Assembly (NCBI GenBank): GCA_964016885.1
Contig: OZ024742.1
Coordinates: 375,844,001-375,908,000, forward strand
Direction of reading: 5' to 3'
From: Eledone cirrhosa
Taxonomy: Eukaryota
Length of the DNA stretch: 64,000 nt
Shown here: piece by piece, positions 1 through 12,000 of the stretch
How positions within the stretch are numbered: position 1 is the first letter of the stretch
Layout: every line of letters starts with the position of its first letter
The notes under the pieces: model-generated
The model's input: the letters and a program-made list of their open reading frames with translations, nothing else
Database searches by the model: none
Told to the model about the DNA's origin: nothing
Program-made: the position numbers and the translations under genes

Positions 1-3000
1 TGGAAGGTCTCCTGTCTATCTAGACACTCACTAGAGAGCAGGGAGGTATGGAAGGTCTCCTGTCTATCTAGACACTCACTAGAGAGCAGGGAGGTATGGA
101 AGGTCTCCTGTCTATCTAGACACTCAGTAGAGAGCAGGGAGGTATGGAAGGTCTCCTGTCTATCTAGACACTCACTAGAGAGCAGGGTGGTATGGAAGGT
201 CTCCTGTCTATCTAGACACTCAGTAGAGAGCAGGGAGGTATGAAAGGTCTCCTGTCTATCTAGACACTCACTAGAGAGCAGGGAGGTATGGAAGGTCTCC
301 TGTCTATCTAGACACTCAGTAGAGAGCAGGGAGGTATGGAAGGTCTCCTGTCTATCTAGACACTCACTAGAGAGCAGGGTGGTATGGAAGGTCTCCTGTC
401 TATCTAGACACTCAGTAGAGAGCAGGGAGGTATGGAAGGTCTCCTGTCTATCTAGACACTCACTAGAGAGCAGGGTGGTATGGAAGGTCTCCTGTCTATC
501 TAGACACTCAATAGAGAGCAGAGAGGTATGGAAGGTCTCCTGTCTATCAACACACCCAGTAGAGAGGAGGGAGGTATGTAAGGTCTCCAGTCTATCTAGA
601 CACTCAGTAGAGAGTAGGGAGGTCTCTTGTCTATCTAGACACTCACTAGAGAGCAGGGAGGTATGGAAGGTCTCCTGTCTATCTAAACACTCACTAGAGA
701 GCAGGGAGGTATGGAAGGTCTCCTGTCTATCTAGACACTCAGTAGAGAGCAGGGAGGTATGGAAGGTCTCCTGTCTATCTAGACACTCACTAGAGAGTAG
801 GGAGGTATGGAAGTTCTCCTGTCTATCTAGACACTCACTAGAGAGCAGGGAAGTATGGAAGGTCTCCTGTCTATCTAGACACTCAGTAGAGAGCAGGGAA
901 GTATGGAAGGTCTCCTGTCTATCTAGACACTCACTAGAGAGCAGGGAGGTATGAAAGGTCTCCTGTCTATCTAGACAGTCAGTAGTGAGGAGGGAGGTAT
1001 GGAAGGTCTCCTGTCTATCTAGACACTCACTAGAGAGCAGGGAGGTATGGAAGGTCTCCTGTCTATCTAGACACTCACTAGAGAGTAGGGAGGTATGGAT
1101 GGTCTCCTGTCTATCTAGACACTCACTAGAGAGCAGGGAGGTATGGAAGGTCTCCTGTCTATCTAAACACTCACTAGAGAGCAGGGAGGTATGGAAGGTC
1201 TCCTGTCTATCTAGACACTCACTAGAGAGCAGGGAGGTATGGAAGGTCTCCTGTCTGTCTAGACACTCACTAGAGAGCAGGGAGGTATGGAAGGTCTCCT
1301 GTCTATCTAGACACTCACTAGAGAGCAGGGAGGTATGGATGGTCTCCTGTCTATCTAGACACTCACTAGAGAGCAGGGAGGTATGGAAGGTCTCCTGTCT
1401 ATCTAGACACTCACTAGAGAGCAGGGAGGTATGGATGGTCTCCTGTCTATCTAGACACTCACTAGAGAGCAGGGAGGTATGGAAGGTCTCCTGTCTATCT
1501 AGACACTCACTAGAGAGCAGGGAGGTATGGAAGGTCTCCTGTCTGTCTAGACACTCACTAGAGAGCAGGGAGGTATGGAAGGTCTCCTGTCTATCTAGAC
1601 ACTCACTAGAGAGCAGGGAGGTATGGAAGGTCTCCTGTCTATCTAGACACTCACTAGAGAGCAGGGAGGTATGGATGGTCTCCTGTCTATCTAGACACTC
1701 ACTAGAGAGCAAGGAGGTATGGAAGGTCTCCTGTCTATCTAGACACTCACTAGAGAGCAGGGAGGTATGGAAGGTCTCCTGTCTGTCTAGACACTCACTA
1801 GAGAGCAGGGAGGTATGGAAGGTCTCCTGTCTATCTAGACACTCACTAGAGAGCAGGGAGGTATGGAAGGTCTCCTGTCTATCTAGACACTCAGTAGAGA
1901 GCAGGGACGTATGGAAGGTCTCCTGTCTATCTAGACACTCACTAGAGAGTAGGGAGGTATGGATGGTCTCCTGTCTATCTAGACACTCACTAGAGAGCAG
2001 GGAGGTATGGATGGTCTCCTGTCTATCTAGACACTCACTAGAGAGCAGGGAGGTATGGAAGGTCTCCTGTCTATCTAGACACTCACTAGAGAGCAGGGAG
2101 GTATGGATGGTCTCCTGTCTATCTAGACACTCACTAGAGAGCAGGGAGGTATGTAAGGTCTCCTGTCTATCTAGAAACTCACTAGAGTGCAGGGAGGTAT
2201 GGAAGTTCTCCTGTCTATCTAGACACTCAGTAGAGAGCAGGGAGGTATGGAAGGTCTCCTGTCTATCTAGACACTCACTAGAGAGCAGGGTGGTATGGAA
2301 GGTCTCCTGTCTATCTAGACACTCAGTAGAGAGCAGGGAGGTATGGAAGGTCTCCTGTCTATCTAGAGACTCACTAGAGAGCAGGGAGGTATGAAAGGTC
2401 TCCTGTCTATCTAGACACTCAGTAGAGAGCAGGAAGTTCTCCTGTCTATCTAGACACTCAGTAGAGAGCAGAGAGGTATGGAAGGTCTCCTGTCTATCAA
2501 CACACCCAGTAGAGAGGAGGGAGGTATGTAAGGTCTCCAGTCTATCTAGACACTCAGTAGAGAGTAGGGAGGTCTCTTGTCTATCTAGACACTCACTAGA
2601 GAGCAGGGAGGTATGGAAGGTCTCCTGTCTGTCTAGACACTCACTAGAGAGCAGGGAGGTATGGAAGGTCTCCTGTCTATCTAGACACTCACTAGAGAGC
2701 AGGGAGGTATGGAAGGTCTCCTGTCTATCTAGACACTCACTAGAGAGCAGGGAGGTATGGAAGGTCTCCTGTCTATCTAGACACTCAGTAGAGAGCAGGG
2801 AGGTATGGAAGGTCTCCTGTCTATCTAGACACTCAGTAGAGAGCAGAGAGGTATGGAAGGTCTCCTGTCTATCAACACACCCAGTAGAGAGGAGGGAGGT
2901 ATGTAAGGTCTCCAGTCTATCTAGACACTCAGTAGAGAGTAGGGAGGTCTCTTGTCTATCTAGACACTCACTAGAGAGCAGGGAGGTATGGAAGGTCTCC

Positions 3001-6000
3001 TGTCTGTCTAGACACTCACTAGAGAGCAGGGAGGTATGGAAGGTCTCCTGTCTATCTAGACACTCACTAGAGAGCAGGGAGGTATGGAAGGTCTCCTGTC
3101 TATCTAGACACTCACTAGAGAGCAGGGAGGTATGGAAGGTCTCCTGTCTATCTAGACACTCAGTAGAGAGCAGGGAGGTATGGAAGGTCTCCTGTCTATC
3201 TAGACACTCACTAGAGAGCAGGGTGGTATGGAAGGTCTCCTGTCTATCTAGACACTCAGTAGAGAGCAGGGAGGTATGAAAGGTCTCCTGTCTATCTAGA
3301 CACTCACTAGAGAGCAGGGAGGTATGGAAGGTCTCCTGTCTATCTAGACACTCAGTAGAGAGCAGGGAGGTATGGAAGGTCTCCTGTCTATCTAGACACT
3401 CACTAGAGAGCAGGGTGGTATGGAAGGTCTCCTGTCTATCTAGACACTCAGTAGAGAGCAGGGAGGTATGGAAGGTCTCCTGTCTATCTAGACACTCACT
3501 AGAGAGCAGGGTGGTATGGAAGGTCTCCTGTCTATCTAGACACTCAATAGAGAGCAGAGAGGTATGGAAGGTCTCCTGTCTATCAACACACCCAGTAGAG
3601 AGGAGGGAGGTATGTAAGGTCTCCAGTCTATCTAGACACTCAGTAGAGAGTAGGGAGGTCTCTTGTCTATCTAGACACTCACTAGAGAGCAGGGAGGTAT
3701 GGAAGGTCTCCTGTCTATCTAAACACTCACTAGAGAGCAGGGAGGTATGGAAGGTCTCCTGTCTATCTAGACACTCAGTAGAGAGCAGGGAGGTATGGAA
3801 GGTCTCCTGTCTATCTAGACACTCACTAGAGAGTAGGGAGGTATGGAAGTTCTCCTGTCTATCTAGACACTCACTAGAGAGCAGGGAAGTATGGAAGGTC
3901 TCCTGTCTATCTAGACACTCAGTAGAGAGCAGGGAGGTATGGAAGGTCTCCTGTCTATTTAGACACTCAGTAGAGAGCAGGGAGGTATGAAAGGTCTCCT
4001 GTCTATCTAGACAGTCAGTAGTGAGGAGGGAGGTATGGAAGGTCTCCTGTCTATCTAGACACTCACTAGAGAGCAGGGAGGTATGGAAGGTCTCCTGTCT
4101 ATCTAGACACTCACTAGAGAGTAGGGAGGTATGGATGGTCTCCTGTCTATCTAGACACTCACTAGAGAGCAGGGAGGTATGGAAGGTCTCCTGTCTATCT
4201 AAACACTCACTAGAGAGCAGGGAGGTATGGAAGGTCTCCTGTCTATCTAGACACTCACTAGAGAGCAGGGAGGTATGGAAGGTCTCCTGTCTGTCTAGAC
4301 ACTCACTAGAGAGCAGGGAGGTATGGAAGGTCTCCTGTCTATCTAGACACTCACTAGAGAGCAGGGAGGTATGGATGGTCTCCTGTCTATCTAGACACTC
4401 ACTAGAGAGCAGGGAGGTATGGAAGGTCTCCTGTCTATCTAGACACTCACTAGAGAGCAGGGAGGTATGGATGGTCTCCTGTCTATCTAGACACTCACTA
4501 GAGAGCAGGGAGGTATGGAAGGTCTCCTGTCTATCTAGACACTCACTAGAGAGCAGGGAGGTATGGAAGGTCTCCTGTCTGTCTAGACACTCACTAGAGA
4601 GCAGGGAGGTATGGAAGGTCTCCTGTCTATCTAGACACTCACTAGAGAGCAGGGAGGTATGGAAGGTCTCCTGTCTGTCTAGACACTCACTAGAGAGCAG
4701 GGAGGTATGGAAGGTCTCCTGTCTATCTAGACACTCACTAGAGAGCAGGGAGGTATGGAAGGTCTCCTGTCTATCTAGACACTCAGTAGAGAGCAGGGAC
4801 GTATGGAAGGTCTCCTGTCTATCTAGACACTCACTAGAGAGTAGGGAGGTATGGATGGTCTCCTGTCTATCTAGACACTCACTAGAGAGCAGGGAGGTAT
4901 GGATGGTCTCCTGTCTATCTAGACACTCACTAGAGAGCAGGGAGGTATGGAAGGTCTCCTGTCTATCTAGACACTCACTAGAGAGCAGGGAGGTATGGAT
5001 GGTCTCCTGTCTATCTAGACACTCACTAGAGAGCAGGGAGGTATGTAAGGTCTCCTGTCTATCTAGAAACTCACTAGAGTGCAGGGAGGTATGGAAGTTC
5101 TCCTGTCTATCTAGACACTCAGTAGAGAGCAGGGAGGTATGGAAGGTCTCCTGTCTATCTAGACACTCACTAGAGAGCAGGGTGGTATGGAAGGTCTCCT
5201 GTCTATCTAGACACTCAGTAGAGAGCAGGGAGGTATGGAAGGTCTCCTGTCTATCTAGAGACTCACTAGAGAGCAGGGAGGTATGAAAGGTCTCCTGTCT
5301 ATCTAGACACTCAGTAGAGAGCAGGAAGTTCTCCTGTCTATCTAGACACTCAGTAGAGAGCAGAGAGGTATGGAAGGTCTCCTGTCTATCAACACACCCA
5401 GTAGAGAGGAGGGAGGTATGTAAGGTCTCCAGTCTATCTAGACACTCAGTAGAGAGTAGGGAGGTCTCTTGTCTATCTAGACACTCACTAGAGAGCAGGG
5501 AGGTATGGAAGGTCTCCTGTCTATCTAGACACTCACTAGAGAGCAGGGAGGTATGGAAGGTCTCCTGTCTATTTAGACACTCAGTAGAGAGCAGGAAGGT
5601 ATGGAAGGTCTCCTGTCTATCTAGACACTCACTAGAGAGCAGGGAGGTATGGAAGGTCTCCTGTCTATCTAGACACTCAGTAGAGAGCAGGGAGGTATGG
5701 AAGGTCTCCTGTCTATCTAGACACTCACTAGAGAGCAGGGAGGTATGGAAAGTCTCCTGTCTATCTAGACACTCAGAAGAGAGCAGGGAGGTATGGAAGG
5801 TCTCCTGTCTATCTAGACACTCAGTAGAGAGCACGGAGGTATGAAAGGTCTCCTGTCTATCTAGACACTCAGTAGAGAGGAGGGAGGTATGGAAGGTCTC
5901 CTGTCTATTTAGACACTCAGTAGAGTGCAGGGAGATATGGAAGGTCTGCTGTCTATCTAGACACTCAGGAGAGAGCAGGGAGGTATGGAAGGTCTCCTGT

Positions 6001-9000
6001 ATATTTAGACACTCAGTAGAGAGGAGGGAGGTATGGAAGGTCTCCTGTCTATCTAGAAATTCACTAGAGAGCAGGGAGGTATGGAAGGTCTCCTGTCTAT
6101 CTAGACACTCACTAGAGAGTAGGGAGGTATGGATGGTCTCCTGTCTATCTAAACACTCACTAGAGAGCAGGGAAGTATGGAAGGTCTCCTGTCTATCTAG
6201 ACATTCACTAGAGAGCAGGGAGGTATGGAAGGTCTGCTGTCTATCTAGACACTCACTAGAGTGCAGGGAGGTATGGAAGGTCTCCTGTCTATCTAGACAC
6301 TCAGTAGAGAGGAGGGAGGTATGGAAGGTCTCCTGTCTATCTAGAAATTCACTAGAGAGCAGGGAGGTATGGAAGGTCTCCTGTCTATCTAGACACTCAC
6401 TAGAGAGTAGGGAGGTATGGATGGTCTCCTGTCTATCTAAACACTCACTAGAGAGCAGGGAAGTATGGAAGGTCTCCTGTCTATCTAGACACTCACTAGA
6501 GTGCAGGGAGGTATGGAAGGTCTCCTGTCTATCTAGACACTCACTAGAGAGCAGGGAGGTATGGAAGGTCTCCTGTCTATCTAGATATTAACAAGAGAGG
6601 AGGGAGGTATGGAAGGTCTCCTGTCTGCGTAGACACTCAGTAGAGAGGAGGGAGGTATGGAAGGTCTCCTGTCTATCTAGAAATTCACTAGAGAGCAGGG
6701 AGGTATGGAAGGTCTCCTGTCTATCTAGACACTCACTAGAGAGCAGGGAGGTATGGAAGGTCTCCTGTCTATCTAGACACTCACTAGAGAGCAGGGAGGT
6801 ATGGAAGGTCTCCTGTCTATCTAGACACTCACTAGAGAGCAGGGAGGTATGGATGGTCTCCTGTCTATCTAGACACTCACTAGAGAGCAGGGAGGTATGG
6901 AAGGTCTCCTGTCTATCTAGACACTCACTAGAGAGCAGGGAGGTATGGATGGTCTCCTGTCTATCTAGACACTCACTAGAGAGCAGGGAGGTATGGAAGG
7001 TCTCCTGTCTATCTAGACACTCACTAGAGAGCAGGGAGGTATGGAAGGTCTCCTGTCTGTCTAGACACTCACTAGAGAGCAGGGAGGTATGGAAGGTCTC
7101 CTGTCTATCTAGACACTCACTAGAGAGCAGGGAGGTATGGAAGGTCTCCTGTCTATCTAGACACTCACTAGAGAGCAGGGAGGTATGGATGGTCTCCTGT
7201 CTATCTAGACACTCACTAGAGAGCAGGGAGGTATGGAAGGTCTCCTGTCTATCTAGACACTCACTAGAGAGCAGGGAGGTATGGAAGGTCTCCTGTCTGT
7301 CTAGACACTCACTAGAGAGCAGGGAGGTATGGAAGGTCTCCTGTCTATCTAGACACTCACTAGAGAGCAGGGAGGTATGGAAGGTCTCCTGTCTATCTAG
7401 ACACTCAGTAGAGAGCAGGGACGTATGGAAGGTCTCCTGTCTATCTAGACACTCACTAGAGAGCAGGGAGGTATGGATGGTCTCCTGTCTATCTAGACAC
7501 TCACTAGAGAGCAGGGAGGTATGGATGGTCTCCTGTCTATCTAGACACTCACTAGAGAGCAGGGAGGTATGGAAGGTCTCCTGTCTATCTAGACACTCAC
7601 TAGAGAGCAGGGAGGTATGGATGGTCTCCTGTCTATCTAGACACTCACTAGAGAGCAGGGAGGTATGTAAGGTCTCCTGTCTATCTAGAAACTCACTAGA
7701 GTGCAGGGAGGTATGGAAGTTCTCCTGTCTATCTAGACACTCAGTAGAGAGCAGGGAGGTATGGAAGGTCTCCTGTCTATCTAGACACTCACTAGAGAGC
7801 AGGGAGGTATGGAAGGTCTCCTGTCTGTCTAGACACTCACTAGAGAGCAGGGAGGTATGGAAGGTCTCCTGTCTATCTAGACACTCACTAGAGAGCAGGG
7901 AGGTATGGAAGGTCTCCTGTCTATCTAGACACTCACTAGAGAGCAGGGAGGTATGGATGGTCTCCTGTCTATCTAGACACTCAGTAGAGAGCAGAGAGGT
8001 ATGGAAGGTCTCCTGTCTATCAACACACCCAGTAGAGAGGAGGGAGGTATGTAAGGTCTCCAGTCTATCTAGACACTCAGTAGAGAGTAGGGAGGTCTCT
8101 TGTCTATCTAGACACTCACTAGAGAGCAGGGAGGTATGGAAGGTCTCCTGTCTGTCTAGACACTCACTAGAGAGCAGGGAGGTATGGAAGGTCTCCTGTC
8201 TATCTAGACACTCACTAGAGAGCAGGGAGGTATGGAAGGTCTCCTGTCTATCTAGACACTCACTAGAGAGCAGGGAGGTATGGAAGGTCTCCTGTCTATC
8301 TAGACACTCAGTAGAGAGCAGGGAGGTATGGAAGGTCTCCTGTCTATCTAGACACTCACTAGAGAGCAGGGTGGTATGGAAGGTCTCCTGTCTATCTAGA
8401 CACTCAGTAGAGAGCAGGGAGGTATGAAAGGTCTCCTGTCTATCTAGACACTCACTAGAGAGCAGGGAGGTATGGAAGGTCTCCTGTCTATCTAGACACT
8501 CAGTAGAGAGCAGGGAGGTATGGAAGGTCTCCTGTCTATCTAGACACTCACTAGAGAGCAGGGTGGTATGGAAGGTCTCCTGTCTATCTAGACACTCAGT
8601 AGAGAGCAGGGAGGTATGGAAGGTCTCCTGTCTATCTAGACACTCACTAGAGAGCAGGGTGGTATGGAAGGTCTCCTGTCTATCTAGACACTCAATAGAG
8701 AGCAGAGAGGTATGGAAGGTCTCCTGTCTATCAACACACCCAGTAGAGAGGAGGGAGGTATGTAAGGTCTCCAGTCTATCTAGACACTCAGTAGAGAGTA
8801 GGGAGGTCTCTTGTCTATCTAGACACTCACTAGAGAGCAGGGAGGTATGGAAGGTCTCCTGTCTATCTAAACACTCACTAGAGAGCAGGGAGGTATGGAA
8901 GGTCTCCTGTCTATCTAGACACTCAGTAGAGAGCAGGGAGGTATGGAAGGTCTCCTGTCTATCTAGACACTCACTAGAGAGTAGGGAGGTATGGAAGTTC

Positions 9001-12000
9001 TCCTGTCTATCTAGACACTCACTAGAGAGCAGGGAAGTATGGAAGGTCTCCTGTCTATCTAGACACTCAGTAGAGAGCAGGGAAGTATGGAAGGTCTCCT
9101 GTCTATCTAGACACTCACTAGAGAGCAGGGAGGTATGAAAGGTCTCCTGTCTATCTAGACAGTCAGTAGTGAGGAGGGAGGTATGGAAGGTCTCCTGTCT
9201 ATCTAGACACTCACTAGAGAGCAGGGAGGTATGGAAGGTCTCCTGTCTATCTAGACACTCACTAGAGAGTAGGGAGGTATGGATGGTCTCCTGTCTATCT
9301 AGACACTCACTAGAGAGCAGGGAGGTATGGAAGGTCTCCTGTCTATCTAAACACTCACTAGAGAGCAGGGAGGTATGGAAGGTCTCCTGTCTATCTAGAC
9401 ACTCACTAGAGAGCAGGGAGGTATGGAAGGTCTCCTGTCTGTCTAGACACTCACTAGAGAGCAGGGAGGTATGGAAGGTCTCCTGTCTATCTAGACACTC
9501 ACTAGAGAGCAGGGAGGTATGGATGGTCTCCTGTCTATCTAGACACTCACTAGAGAGCAGGGAGGTATGGAAGGTCTCCTGTCTATCTAGACACTCACTA
9601 GAGAGCAGGGAGGTATGGATGGTCTCCTGTCTATCTAGACACTCACTAGAGAGCAGGGAGGTATGGAAGGTCTCCTGTCTATCTAGACACTCACTAGAGA
9701 GCAGGGAGGTATGGAAGGTCTCCTGTCTGTCTAGACACTCACTAGAGAGCAGGGAGGTATGGAAGGTCTCCTGTCTATCTAGACACTCACTAGAGAGCAG
9801 GGAGGTATGGAAGGTCTCCTGTCTATCTAGACACTCACTAGAGAGCAGGGAGGTATGGATGGTCTCCTGTCTATCTAGACACTCACTAGAGAGCAAGGAG
9901 GTATGGAAGGTCTCCTGTCTATCTAGACACTCACTAGAGAGCAGGGAGGTATGGAAGGTCTCCTGTCTGTCTAGACACTCACTAGAGAGCAGGGAGGTAT
10001 GGAAGGTCTCCTGTCTATCTAGACACTCACTAGAGAGCAGGGAGGTATGGAAGGTCTCCTGTCTATCTAGACACTCAGTAGAGAGCAGGGACGTATGGAA
10101 GGTCTCCTGTCTATCTAGACACTCACTAGAGAGTAGGGAGGTATGGATGGTCTCCTGTCTATCTAGACACTCACTAGAGAGCAGGGAGGTATGGATGGTC
10201 TCCTGTCTATCTAGACACTCACTAGAGAGCAGGGAGGTATGGAAGGTCTCCTGTCTATCTAGACACTCACTAGAGAGCAGGGAGGTATGGATGGTCTCCT
10301 GTCTATCTAGACACTCACTAGAGAGCAGGGAGGTATGTAAGGTCTCCTGTCTATCTAGAAACTCACTAGAGTGCAGGGAGGTATGGAAGTTCTCCTGTCT
10401 ATCTAGACACTCAGTAGAGAGCAGGGAGGTATGGAAGGTCTCCTGTCTATCTAGACACTCACTAGAGAGCAGGGTGGTATGGAAGGTCTCCTGTCTATCT
10501 AGACACTCAGTAGAGAGCAGGGAGGTATGGAAGGTCTCCTGTCTATCTAGAGACTCACTAGAGAGCAGGGAGGTATGAAAGGTCTCCTGTCTATCTAGAC
10601 ACTCAGTAGAGAGCAGGAAGTTCTCCTGTCTATCTAGACACTCAGTAGAGAGCAGAGAGGTATGGAAGGTCTCCTGTCTATCAACACACCCAGTAGAGAG
10701 GAGGGAGGTATGTAAGGTCTCCAGTCTATCTAGACACTCAGTAGAGAGTAGGGAGGTCTCTTGTCTATCTAGACACTCACTAGAGAGCAGGGAGGTATGG
10801 AAGGTCTCCTGTCTGTCTAGACACTCACTAGAGAGCAGGGAGGTATGGAAGGTCTCCTGTCTATCTAGACACTCACTAGAGAGCAGGGAGGTATGGAAGG
10901 TCTCCTGTCTATCTAGACACTCACTAGAGAGCAGGGAGGTATGGAAGGTCTCCTGTCTATCTAGACACTCAGTAGAGAGCAGGGAGGTATGGAAGGTCTC
11001 CTGTCTATCTAGACACTCAGTAGAGAGCAGAGAGGTATGGAAGGTCTCCTGTCTATCAACACACCCAGTAGAGAGGAGGGAGGTATGTAAGGTCTCCAGT
11101 CTATCTAGACACTCAGTAGAGAGTAGGGAGGTCTCTTGTCTATCTAGACACTCACTAGAGAGCAGGGAGGTATGGAAGGTCTCCTGTCTGTCTAGACACT
11201 CACTAGAGAGCAGGGAGGTATGGAAGGTCTCCTGTCTATCTAGACACTCACTAGAGAGCAGGGAGGTATGGAAGGTCTCCTGTCTATCTAGACACTCACT
11301 AGAGAGCAGGGAGGTATGGAAGGTCTCCTGTCTATCTAGACACTCAGTAGAGAGCAGGGAGGTATGGAAGGTCTCCTGTCTATCTAGACACTCACTAGAG
11401 AGCAGGGTGGTATGGAAGGTCTCCTGTCTATCTAGACACTCAGTAGAGAGCAGGGAGGTATGAAAGGTCTCCTGTCTATCTAGACACTCACTAGAGAGCA
11501 GGGAGGTATGGAAGGTCTCCTGTCTATCTAGACACTCAGTAGAGAGCAGGGAGGTATGGAAGGTCTCCTGTCTATCTAGACACTCACTAGAGAGCAGGGT
11601 GGTATGGAAGGTCTCCTGTCTATCTAGACACTCAGTAGAGAGCAGGGAGGTATGGAAGGTCTCCTGTCTATCTAGACACTCACTAGAGAGCAGGGTGGTA
11701 TGGAAGGTCTCCTGTCTATCTAGACACTCAATAGAGAGCAGAGAGGTATGGAAGGTCTCCTGTCTATCAACACACCCAGTAGAGAGGAGGGAGGTATGTA
11801 AGGTCTCCAGTCTATCTAGACACTCAGTAGAGAGTAGGGAGGTCTCTTGTCTATCTAGACACTCACTAGAGAGCAGGGAGGTATGGAAGGTCTCCTGTCT
11901 ATCTAAACACTCACTAGAGAGCAGGGAGGTATGGAAGGTCTCCTGTCTATCTAGACACTCAGTAGAGAGCAGGGAGGTATGGAAGGTCTCCTGTCTATCT

